Virus record (IMG/VR): IMGVR_UViG_3300020048_000039
Coordinates: 64,314 to 128,313 of that record
DNA from: a virus
Length of the DNA: 64,000 bases
Strand: one strand, 5' to 3'
A program made the translations under genes and the position numbers. Below, piece after piece: positions 53,963-62,276 of this stretch (positions within the stretch are counted from its first letter, which is position 1; each line of letters begins with the position of its first letter). Under the pieces are notes generated by a model, which did no database searches, was not told the DNA's origin, and saw only the letters and a program-made list of their open reading frames with translations.

Positions 53963-54463
53963 ATGAGCGATATTAATAAGAAAAGCACGCCAGACCAAAT
54001 GAGAGTTCTTCTAAAAAGAATGCGTGAAGGGAAATATGATGCAAATGAACCACAAGAACAACCCAAAAAGAATTTGGGTGTTCGTGACATGCTAAAAATT
54101 ACACGTAGGTTGCATGAAGAAGAAGAAATCGAAAAAAGGAATGCTTCGAACTTAAAAAATGTTTATGACCAGCCAGCAGAAGAAAAGAAATTTATGGACT
54201 ACTTTAACGACATTAATATTAGCGTTAAATTTAAACCTTTGGATGTTTATGAAAATCTTGTGCTTTGGGATGGTGTTGTGGATGGAATTATTGAATTTAT
54301 ATATAGCGTAACTCCATATGATGACACATCAAAGGTAACATTCGATTATTTAGAAGGTTATTCTCCAGACAATCCAAAAACTGCTGAAATCATTGAGAGA
54401 ATTAAAACTTATTACGAATATGTGTTCAAACCATATTGGTTAGAGAATGTTATTCAAAAATAA
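53963..54463 (+). CDS. hypothetical protein, possible internal head protein
   Basis: ATG 53963 preferred over the overlapping 53684 call; contains an LHEEEE motif. Confidence 0.6.
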   Translation: MSDINKKSTPDQMRVLLKRMREGKYDANEPQEQPKKNLGVRDMLKITRRLHEEEEIEKRNASNLKNVYDQPAEEKKFMDYFNDINISVKFKPLDVYENLVLWDGVVDGIIEFIYSVTPYDDTSKVTFDYLEGYSPDNPKTAEIIERIKTYYEYVFKPYWLENVIQK

Positions 54464-54554
54464 TTACTGTATTTTGTAACCTTTTTGTGATGACTTACGT
54501 ATAATGAAAAGAATTGTAAACAAACAAACAATTTAACAATCAAATTTAAATAAC

Positions 54555-55382
54555 ATGGAAACCCCTAATGAAGTAAAAAACGAAGTAGTAGCCAAAGTAA
54601 AAAGCCTGAAAAATTTTAATTACAATATTAACCTGACCCAATTAATACTTGGTGTATTGGTTTTATTGGTTTTACTTTTTGGTGGATGGAAAATATATAA
54701 CAACAAAGTAAATAAACTTGAAGCCAAAATTATTTCTGACACAAAAATAAAGAATGCATTACAAGCAGAAGTTACATATCACATTAATAAAGAAGGTGAA
54801 ATGACTGCACAAAAACTTACATTAGAGGGTAAAGTTAAGGATTTAGAAAAAGCAAACAATAATCTAAGTGAAAGCCAGAAAGAATTATTGAAACGTGTTA
54901 AGGAAATCGAAAAAACTAATTCAATCATTGCTGCTGCACTTATTCAGACTAATGTTAAAATAGATTCGTTACGTGCTGGAAAAGTGGTTGTTAACGATGC
55001 AGATACAAGCGTTACTGTGAGCGACAGTCTACCTGAAATCCAATATGACTTTAAAATTGGCAATGTAGTACCATCATATAAAGGTGTTAAGCCAACATTT
55101 AAAATTAAGTTACTTGAACTTCCAAATCAGCAATTTGTGGAATATCATTGGGCAGATAGTAAAAAAGAAGGATATCCAATTTCATTCAGTGTTTCGAACT
55201 CAAATAAATATTTCAAAACCACAGGCATTGAGAGTTATACCATTCCACTACCAAAACCAGTTCTTGACCCAACTGGTTGGCAAAAGATAGGAAGTTTCTT
55301 TAAAAAGACTGGTGATAATCTACTTTATATAGGGATTGGTGCGGGTGTAGGTATTGCTACATATGTACTTATCGTGAAATAA
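54555..55382 (+). CDS. membrane-anchored coiled-coil protein (spanin-like candidate)
   Basis: N-terminal TM LILGVLVLLVLLFGGW, coiled coil, beta region, C-terminal hydrophobic YIGIGAGVGIATYVLIV. Confidence 0.5.
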   Translation: METPNEVKNEVVAKVKSLKNFNYNINLTQLILGVLVLLVLLFGGWKIYNNKVNKLEAKIISDTKIKNALQAEVTYHINKEGEMTAQKLTLEGKVKDLEKANNNLSESQKELLKRVKEIEKTNSIIAAALIQTNVKIDSLRAGKVVVNDADTSVTVSDSLPEIQYDFKIGNVVPSYKGVKPTFKIKLLELPNQQFVEYHWADSKKEGYPISFSVSNSNKYFKTTGIESYTIPLPKPVLDPTGWQKIGSFFKKTGDNLLYIGIGAGVGIATYVLIVK

Positions 55383-55467
55383 TATACCAAAACGTATTAA
55401 TCAGAACAACATGCATTAAATATGATGCGTGTTATTTTGGTTTGTGCACATTTTTTAAGTCTTGTGA

Positions 55468-55475
55468 GTATTTAT
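55468..55475 (+). promoter_or_regulatory. GTATTTAT motif
   Basis: 20 nt before ATG 55496. Confidence 0.55.
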
Positions 55476-55495
55476 GTTTAACTTATATACATTAT

Positions 55496-55702
55496 ATGGA
55501 TAATACTGATATTAAAGCAATCGTCAAGGACGAAATTAAGAAGTTGGTTAACGATTCTTTGGATAAGGAAATTGCGAGAATTATGCATAGTTCCAACAGC
55601 AAAACAAGGGATGAATTAATTAAGACAATGAAAGATAGTTTAGAGGCTGTTTATAAAATGTTATGGGTGAAGCGTGATTTTTGGAAGACGGACATTAAGT
55701 AA
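55496..55702 (+). CDS. small helical hypothetical protein
   Basis: MDNTDIKAIVKDEIKKLV...; ATG 55496. Confidence 0.6.
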   Translation: MDNTDIKAIVKDEIKKLVNDSLDKEIARIMHSSNSKTRDELIKTMKDSLEAVYKMLWVKRDFWKTDIK

Positions 55703-55707
55703 TTGTT

Positions 55708-58293
55708 ATGAAAAATATTAAAGAAGAACAATCATTCAAACCAACATTAAAACAACCATCTGGCGATTTAGCTAAAGGGTATGAATCTAATTTTAAAAAA
55801 ACCATGAACCAAGACCAAGTAAAATTAACTGAAACAGATGGTTTGTTAACTGAAAAAGAACAGTCCCTAAAGAAAAAAATCTTTAGTTTGGCTAAAATGG
55901 AAGCACTGGTATTTGCTGACCCTAAATTGGCAAGTGTATATGACGATATGTCTGAAAATGGTGAAGAAAAATATGGTTATCATTATAATGAAACCATTAT
56001 GAATATGCTTTTTAATGATTATGTACTAAACAGTCCACGATATTTAGAAAAGTATAAAATGTCTAAACCATTAAAGAAGAAAAGACGTGATAAAAGCGGT
56101 ATTAATCAGATGAAAAAAGCTGGTGATGTTGCAATGCATAAGAAACCAGTAAACCCAATACAAACAACTCCTGCAACGACAGGTGTTAGTGAAGAAACAG
56201 GTGCTGCATCTTCGGGTGCATTTGCACCAGCATTAGGTTATAAAGAACCAGTCGATGAAACCACAACATCCGCATCATCAGGTGCTTATGCAGGTCCTGC
56301 TGCTTGGGGTGGTGGTGATTTAATGAAAGGTGGTAAAAGCAAAGCAATGCGTAAACCAATTTGGCAGGGTGGCACGATTATACAGGAAAGCAATTATTTA
56401 ACTGACCCATCTGCATTTGCAAAATATGTTGACTTCTTAAATGAAGAAGTAGAAATTAATCCATCTGCACAACAAGAGCCAAATGTTAAGCCATATACCA
56501 ATCCTGCAGTTAATAATAAAATTATTGATAAGACAGCAGCGTTTAGTAGTAACACAGTAAAACAATGGGATAAGCCAGATACTGAACTTGAATTACATAC
56601 ACTTAAAAATGGTACAATGGATGAACCTAATTTAAAAGAAGACGGAACTGCTGGTGATGACTTAATTGAATTTGACGTACCTGATTGGGCAATGTCAACA
56701 TTAATTAATGGTGATTCATCAGGATTGGAAGGTGATGATGAAATGAAGATAGACAATTTCGTAAAGAAAGCTGTTCAACAATATGGTAATGCTAATTTCA
56801 TGTTGGGTGATGTTGATGGTAAGGATAATTTAGGGTTCAGGACTTCAAACGATATTGATGGTTTAGGTACTAACGTATATAGAGTCTATTTAAGACCATC
56901 AAAAGCATCTAATCCAGTTGATGATACCAGTGCGAGTGATAGAATGTATAATTCAGATTCGTGGGTTCAGGCACAAAGAGACGCAGAAGGTCTTGATGAA
57001 AAAGCAACCTCACCATCACAACAGCGTTTGTTTGGCATGGCACATGCAGCACAAAAGGGTGAAATACCCATGAGTAAACTTGGCGGTGCAGCTAAAAATA
57101 TTGCGCAAACAGTAAAACCTAAAGATGTAACTGACTTTGCTTCAACGAAATACGATGAAATGGATGAAACCGCACAATCAATAATAGATGATAAACCCGA
57201 TTCAGTAGCAAAAGGCATACCAACTGGCACTGTTAGTACGGGTAATGTTCCAGTTGGTTTAGTAGATATGAAAGAAGACATGGACTTATTAAACGAAATA
57301 AACAACGAGTTGAATGCTTATTCGATTCACCACAAAAAATTAAAACAAATGTCAGAAGACCGTAAGCCTTCATCTTTAGTAATGAAAGACCGTCTTGGTG
57401 CTGAAAATGCAACAAACTTCAAGAAAGATTTTAATGATAGTGATACCAAAGAAATCATCAACATCGAAAAGGAACTTGAATATGCTGACCAGCAAACTGA
57501 CGTTCCTGCTGACCCACAAAAATTAGCACAGGATATTGAAAAGAACGAAATTAAAACCACAAAGGGTGAAGCTTTTAAAAATGTAGGCAATTCTACTAAC
57601 GATAAGGGTGACGAAATACCAAAACGTAATATGACCACACCTGAACAGGATGAAGTTAATTTATATCGTAAAGGTATGCATAGTTTGGTTTATGATAACA
57701 AGCCAGACCAACGTTTCGAAGACCGTATGAAAGCTGACATGGGTGATGCTGTTTATGAAATCAGAGAAAAACAAATGGATGCTTTCGGTAAAGCACCAAT
57801 GTATAATAAAGAAGCACAGCCAACACAAGCTACAAAAGCTAATAGAACTGAGTTTGATAAACAAAAGTCTGGCTGGAACGACCCTAAAGGTCTTAGCGAA
57901 TCAATGATAACTGGTAGATACCGTAACGAACTCAATAAGAGCAAAATCATTGACTTCCAGTTAAATGAGGTTAAAATGGTAACTAAAATACCCAATAGTT
58001 TATTCCCATTGGATTTTACTGGTCTTGGTAATACACTTAATGGTAAAACCGAAGACTATAAGGTTAGCGTAAATGAAACAGTTGTTTCAATACTTGACGA
58101 AAACAAGTTCTACACTGACGGTAAACAAATTTTCGCAATCAAAAATCCTAAACAGAGTTTGAATGAAGAAAAGAAAGAACCTAAACCACCAGTAAAATTA
58201 ACCGAAGAAGTTGAAAAAATGAAGCATTTACTTGGTTATAAAGGAACTGACTTTGTGAGCACAAATAACGTAAAGAAAAACAGAGGATTCTAA
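55708..58293 (+). CDS. 861-aa modular internal head-like protein with many hydrophobic-x-E linkers
   Basis: IKEE, LTE, VSEE, VDE, IQE, LNEE, LKE, LDE, MDE, MKE, MSE, LSE, LNEE, LTEE linkers separate short modules. Confidence 0.65.
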   Translation: MKNIKEEQSFKPTLKQPSGDLAKGYESNFKKTMNQDQVKLTETDGLLTEKEQSLKKKIFSLAKMEALVFADPKLASVYDDMSENGEEKYGYHYNETIMNMLFNDYVLNSPRYLEKYKMSKPLKKKRRDKSGINQMKKAGDVAMHKKPVNPIQTTPATTGVSEETGAASSGAFAPALGYKEPVDETTTSASSGAYAGPAAWGGGDLMKGGKSKAMRKPIWQGGTIIQESNYLTDPSAFAKYVDFLNEEVEINPSAQQEPNVKPYTNPAVNNKIIDKTAAFSSNTVKQWDKPDTELELHTLKNGTMDEPNLKEDGTAGDDLIEFDVPDWAMSTLINGDSSGLEGDDEMKIDNFVKKAVQQYGNANFMLGDVDGKDNLGFRTSNDIDGLGTNVYRVYLRPSKASNPVDDTSASDRMYNSDSWVQAQRDAEGLDEKATSPSQQRLFGMAHAAQKGEIPMSKLGGAAKNIAQTVKPKDVTDFASTKYDEMDETAQSIIDDKPDSVAKGIPTGTVSTGNVPVGLVDMKEDMDLLNEINNELNAYSIHHKKLKQMSEDRKPSSLVMKDRLGAENATNFKKDFNDSDTKEIINIEKELEYADQQTDVPADPQKLAQDIEKNEIKTTKGEAFKNVGNSTNDKGDEIPKRNMTTPEQDEVNLYRKGMHSLVYDNKPDQRFEDRMKADMGDAVYEIREKQMDAFGKAPMYNKEAQPTQATKANRTEFDKQKSGWNDPKGLSESMITGRYRNELNKSKIIDFQLNEVKMVTKIPNSLFPLDFTGLGNTLNGKTEDYKVSVNETVVSILDENKFYTDGKQIFAIKNPKQSLNEEKKEPKPPVKLTEEVEKMKHLLGYKGTDFVSTNNVKKNRGF

Positions 58294-58661
58294 TGAATTA
58301 CGAATTAATTACAGAGAAAGAATTTGATGCTGCATGTGCAAAATTTACACCACCCAAGTGGATTGTGTTTACTTTCAAATATTTTTCGAAAAGTACAGAG
58401 AAGAAAGATTTAAAAGTAAGTAATATTATTGTAAACACATTACTTGTAGCATTCTTTGCTATGATGTTAGGTGTAATTCTTGATGCACCCACACAATATT
58501 TAATTCCTTTCATTATCATATATTGTGGATTGTTAATACCAATGGTAGGATTAATGTTTGCTGCTGCAAAGTTTAATAATCTGAGACACGATAAAATCAG
58601 AAAAGAACTTGGTGGAATCACCAAAAGCGAATATGAAAAATTGGTCTATAAATTTGCATAA
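58293..58661 (+). CDS. two-TM membrane protein
   Basis: Two hydrophobic helices (IIVNTLLVAFFAMMLGVIL; YLIPFIIIYCGLLIPMVGLMFAA). Confidence 0.65.
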   Translation: MNYELITEKEFDAACAKFTPPKWIVFTFKYFSKSTEKKDLKVSNIIVNTLLVAFFAMMLGVILDAPTQYLIPFIIIYCGLLIPMVGLMFAAAKFNNLRHDKIRKELGGITKSEYEKLVYKFA

Positions 58662-58682
58662 GTAATTTTTACTATATTTTAT

Positions 58683-58715
58683 AATGGAGTGTTGGGTAAT
58701 CATCACTCCATTTTT
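58683..58715 (+). terminator. intrinsic terminator
   Basis: aatggagtg...cactccatt plus a T-run. Confidence 0.75.
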
Positions 58716-58732
58716 ATTAAACACAAATCTAA

Positions 58733-58741
58733 GTATTTATA
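58733..58741 (+). promoter_or_regulatory. GTATTTAT motif upstream of the endolysin
   Basis: After the terminator, 15 nt before ATG 58757. Confidence 0.65.
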
Positions 58742-58756
58742 GAAAACTATGAAACT

Positions 58757-59443
58757 ATGGCAACAACTATTTCAAAAAAAAGGTTAACAAAACTAAACTC
58801 TGTTTTAGGTCTTGACTGCTCAAAATATCAGAAGGATATTAATTGGGCAAAAGCAAAAGCAGCAGGAATCGAATTTGCTTTCATTAAGGTTACAGAAGGT
58901 ACAACAGGTCACGAGGATAGTATCTATAATCTTAAAACAAGAGTTCAATCAGCACAAAAGAATGGTGTAAAGGTCGGTTATTATCACTTTGCCCGACCCG
59001 GTAATGTTGATAATCCAGAACAAGATGCAAAAGAAGAAGTTGATAATGTAATTGCACATATTGGATTTCTACCAAAAGCAAATTTACCATTGGTTCTTGA
59101 CATTGAATCATATTCCACTCAAATGGTATGGAGCAATGCTGAAAAGATTGACCATATGAATAGATTCGTAACTGCATTCATTGCTGGTATGAATGCTCAT
59201 GGTATTACTACGATGTTCTATTCATATAAAAGCTTTGCTGATACTACAATGAAACCATTATTTGGAAAACAACCACTATGGATTGCAGCGTATGTTGGTA
59301 ATCCAGAAGCTTCTTTACCAAAAATTCCAAATGGTTGGACAGAGTGGAAAGTATGGCAATTCACAGATAAAGGTAGAGTTGATGGTCATGATGGCGACCT
59401 TGACTTAAATATAATGAAGAAAGATTATCTAAAACAATTTTAA
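58757..59443 (+). CDS. GH25 muramidase (endolysin)
   Basis: GLDCSKYQKDINW, FAFIKVTEG, GYYHFARP, LVLDIE, LWIAAY, WQFTDKG, DLDLN. Confidence 0.92.
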   Translation: MATTISKKRLTKLNSVLGLDCSKYQKDINWAKAKAAGIEFAFIKVTEGTTGHEDSIYNLKTRVQSAQKNGVKVGYYHFARPGNVDNPEQDAKEEVDNVIAHIGFLPKANLPLVLDIESYSTQMVWSNAEKIDHMNRFVTAFIAGMNAHGITTMFYSYKSFADTTMKPLFGKQPLWIAAYVGNPEASLPKIPNGWTEWKVWQFTDKGRVDGHDGDLDLNIMKKDYLKQF

Positions 59444-59872
59444 ATGGCAACTTCTGGTCAGAAGTATATCATTGTGAAGGACAGAGTTGAGATATATAAA
59501 GACTTCGCACTGAATCTACTTTACTATATTAATTATTATTATATTGATTATGAGAGCATTAATACTGATGAAGATATTAATAATCATTTTAATTGGTGTT
59601 ACAATAAGGTATGTGATGAATTTAAGTTGGAAGGTTTGGATTTTAGCAAGAATGCTGGAATAAGAAAATATTTTAATGCCTACTATTATTATAACTTCTA
59701 TAAGGTAGACTTCAAGCAAGACACGTCATTAAAATATTATGAAAATTTTTGGAAAACTATTTTCGAAATCGAGAAACAAAAGAACAAAAACATCATCAAT
59801 GTTTTGATTGAAATATATACCATGTTTGACAAATCTGTTAATCAAGAAAAAAATATTTTGGAAATTGTTTAA
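59444..59872 (+). CDS. hypothetical protein
   Basis: 142-aa Tyr/Phe-rich helical ORF. Confidence 0.65.
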   Translation: MATSGQKYIIVKDRVEIYKDFALNLLYYINYYYIDYESINTDEDINNHFNWCYNKVCDEFKLEGLDFSKNAGIRKYFNAYYYYNFYKVDFKQDTSLKYYENFWKTIFEIEKQKNKNIINVLIEIYTMFDKSVNQEKNILEIV

Positions 59873-59878
59873 AAAGTC

Positions 59879-59909
59879 TTGCATAGAGTATTTAATATAA
59901 CTATCTTTG
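59879..59909 (+). promoter_or_regulatory. Bacteroidota sigma-A-type promoter
   Basis: TTG at 59879-59881, 20-nt spacer, TATCTTTG at 59902-59909. Confidence 0.55.
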
Positions 59910-59950
59910 TTGGTGGAAAAAAATAATATTATTTAAACTTAAAAAATGCT

Positions 59951-60250
59951 ATGGCAAATTTAAAAATTGACCTCTTAAACAAAATTAACAACGAAAAGTA
60001 CTTTAAAGAACTTGAACTTGTACGTCTTGCACAAGACCCAAACATGAATTACGAATACAAAATCGAAGCAATGACGAATGAACTTGCAAAGATTGCAATT
60101 TTAAATGCACAATTGGGTGGCGTTGAGCAATACTTTCAAGAACCCGCACCACAACAGCAACCTGCACCACAACCTGTAGCAGAACCTGCACCACAGGTAC
60201 AGCAAGCTCCTGCTGGACAAGTTCATCAGGGTCAAACACACGGAGAGTAA
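59951..60250 (+). CDS. hypothetical protein with a Pro/Gln/Ala-rich tail
   Basis: 99 aa with PAPQ repeats. Confidence 0.7.
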   Translation: MANLKIDLLNKINNEKYFKELELVRLAQDPNMNYEYKIEAMTNELAKIAILNAQLGGVEQYFQEPAPQQQPAPQPVAEPAPQVQQAPAGQVHQGQTHGE

Positions 60251-60253
60251 ATC

Positions 60254-60451
60254 ATGGATATAATAGCTGAAATCTATCAGTTTTTATTTATTTCTTCAAT
60301 CGTTTTCATTGTCTATGTCCTTGGTGATTTAGCGATGAAAACGATTGCAAGATTTGCTTTTAAAACTGAGACAAGATTTTCTCTCGTCATGTGGGAAAAG
60401 CTCATTCTTTGGGCATCAATTGCTATGTTTTTTACCTATATAATAAATTAA
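60254..60451 (+). CDS. small two-TM membrane protein (holin-like topology, unproven)
   Basis: 65 aa with two hydrophobic segments. Confidence 0.55.
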   Translation: MDIIAEIYQFLFISSIVFIVYVLGDLAMKTIARFAFKTETRFSLVMWEKLILWASIAMFFTYIIN

Positions 60452-60931
60452 ATGGATACAACAATTAGTGACGCATTAAATGCGATAACAGGATACCTTA
60501 TCACCATCAAAAGAAATACATTTGAAGGCTGGTATGAACTTGAAATAGGAATACCGATTGATTGGGTGTTTGACGAGAATGATGAAATTAAATGTGAAGT
60601 CTTAGAAGAATCAAAGACAGGGAAACTAATAAACGTATCGCCTAAAAATGTCGATGTCCCAATTGATGCACTTGTTACATTTGTTGAAATAATAATCGAA
60701 ACCAACTATAGAATTGCAGAAAAACAACAAGAGTTTGAGAATAAAATGTTGGAAATGAAGGTTGAGTTAGAAACAAAAGCCAAAATTTTCTATAAAGAGC
60801 TTGACGAACTCAGGGAAAATTCATTTGCAATTGCCAATGAAAATTTTACAAAAACCATTCGTCCAGAAGAAGAAAAAAAGAAAAGAGCATATAACAAAAA
60901 ACCAGTTGTCTTTACTGGCACAACTTCTTAA
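60452..60931 (+). CDS. hypothetical protein
   Basis: 159-aa ORF with a C-terminal coiled coil. Confidence 0.7.
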   Translation: MDTTISDALNAITGYLITIKRNTFEGWYELEIGIPIDWVFDENDEIKCEVLEESKTGKLINVSPKNVDVPIDALVTFVEIIIETNYRIAEKQQEFENKMLEMKVELETKAKIFYKELDELRENSFAIANENFTKTIRPEEEKKKRAYNKKPVVFTGTTS

Positions 60932-60940
60932 ATAAAAATT

Positions 60941-61291
60941 ATGTCTATTGATAAAAAAATACTCTCTGTCGATAGTGATGTTGATGACATAGACTATGTT
61001 GCCTTTACTACGTATCTACAAGAAGATACTAAAAGGAAACTGGATATGGTATTTGCTGAAATTGATAGACAAGGAGAAGACTATTTGAAAGAAATTGAAG
61101 AAAAGAAATTCCGTCAGAACATCGAAAAAGCTAAATTTGTCAAGTACATCATGAAGTACATTAAAGGTGTTTATACCGTAGAAAGGCTAATGGGATACGA
61201 ATATGCTGATGTTCTATACATGTATCAGGAACTAAAGGAAAAGAGAAAATCCAAACTTAAAACTTTTTTCGACTTTTTATTTAATTTATAG
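60941..61291 (+). CDS. hypothetical protein
   Basis: 116-aa ORF. Confidence 0.65.
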   Translation: MSIDKKILSVDSDVDDIDYVAFTTYLQEDTKRKLDMVFAEIDRQGEDYLKEIEEKKFRQNIEKAKFVKYIMKYIKGVYTVERLMGYEYADVLYMYQELKEKRKSKLKTFFDFLFNL

Positions 61292-61321
61292 TTGGTAGTT
61301 CAAAAACTTTGACTACATTTG
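61292..61321 (+). promoter_or_regulatory. Bacteroidota sigma-A-type promoter
   Basis: TTG at 61292-61294, 19-nt spacer, TACATTTG at 61314-61321. Confidence 0.55.
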
Positions 61322-61349
61322 CACAATACAAACCCTTAAAAAATTTAAA

Positions 61350-62189
61350 ATGGCACAATCATTATTTGACAGCGTTTTTAACAGAACAACCATTTATGAA
61401 ACATTGTTCTTTAACGTAAAAGCAGTACTGGAACACCCAACACTGGAAGACCTCGAAGCAAACAACAAACCAATGTATGAACGTTGGAAATATCTTTCGA
61501 AAACAAAACACAACTATGACATTGACTTGGAATTTCCTGACATCCAAGACCCTAAAGACCACGGCAACATGGTATATGAAGAATACGCTATTAAGTATCC
61601 TGAGTTCACGAGAATTGTAGCAATCACATATGCTTCCTTTAATAAGGATAGTGGTACTATCAAAAGAGACTTTAAGAAAATTGTAAGTGAGGATGAAAAA
61701 CTCGTTATTGATACGTTCATGGATGTTCTCTATAAACTATCCAGTGATGGAATTGCATCATCACCACAATTTTTCCCAGTATTATGTGGTCACAACATAA
61801 TTGGATATGATATTCCTTTATTAATTAAACGTTATGTGAAATATTACATAAAAAAAGACGAAAACAAGGAAAAACCAATTATCGAGAATAAACAACTACC
61901 ATTCATCCTTAAAAGATGCTTAGATACAAAACCTTGGGACTCAGGTACTATTATTGACACAACCAATGTGTGGAAGCTTAACGGAAGCGATTATATGCCG
62001 TTGATGCTTGTTTCTGACTTTCTTGGATTAAAGAAAACTGTTGACGTACTACCACTCAATGAATTAAGCAAGTATTATTGGGATAATGTAGAGGAAAAAC
62101 CCAAAGAAACACTGGAATATATTGCACTTCAATCGGCAACACAAACCAATCTTGTTATGCAATTGATGAATGAACTAAGACAGTTCTAA
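61350..62189 (+). CDS. DnaQ/PolB-exonuclease-like protein, probably catalytically inactive
   Basis: LFFNVKAV (Exo I), PEF.RIVAI, LCGHNIIGYDIP (Exo II), KPW...IDT..VW, YIALQS (Exo III). Confidence 0.7.
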   Translation: MAQSLFDSVFNRTTIYETLFFNVKAVLEHPTLEDLEANNKPMYERWKYLSKTKHNYDIDLEFPDIQDPKDHGNMVYEEYAIKYPEFTRIVAITYASFNKDSGTIKRDFKKIVSEDEKLVIDTFMDVLYKLSSDGIASSPQFFPVLCGHNIIGYDIPLLIKRYVKYYIKKDENKEKPIIENKQLPFILKRCLDTKPWDSGTIIDTTNVWKLNGSDYMPLMLVSDFLGLKKTVDVLPLNELSKYYWDNVEEKPKETLEYIALQSATQTNLVMQLMNELRQF

Positions 62190-62213
62190 GCTTAAAACTT
62201 CTTTTATTAAATT

Positions 62214-62249
62214 AAAAAGGAATAGATGTGACAATTTATTCCTTTTTTT
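62214..62249 (+). terminator. intrinsic terminator
   Basis: aaaaaggaata...tattccttttt plus a T-run. Confidence 0.75.
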
Positions 62250-62258
62250 GTATTTATA
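62250..62258 (+). promoter_or_regulatory. GTATTTAT motif
   Basis: Abuts the terminator, 18 nt before ATG 62277. Confidence 0.65.
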
Positions 62259-62276
62259 TCTATAAAAGAAATAGAT

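Noticed and set aside
60140-60230. PAPQ low-complexity repeats
   Set aside because: Ordinary disordered tail with no further structure.
2050-61720. Numerous 60-170 aa minus-strand ORFs (e.g. 2050-2346, 18252-18764, 26872-27285, 35266-35763, 48964-49395)
   Set aside because: They lie antisense to well-supported genes, have Ser/Leu/Phe-rich shadow composition, and show no motifs or promoters.
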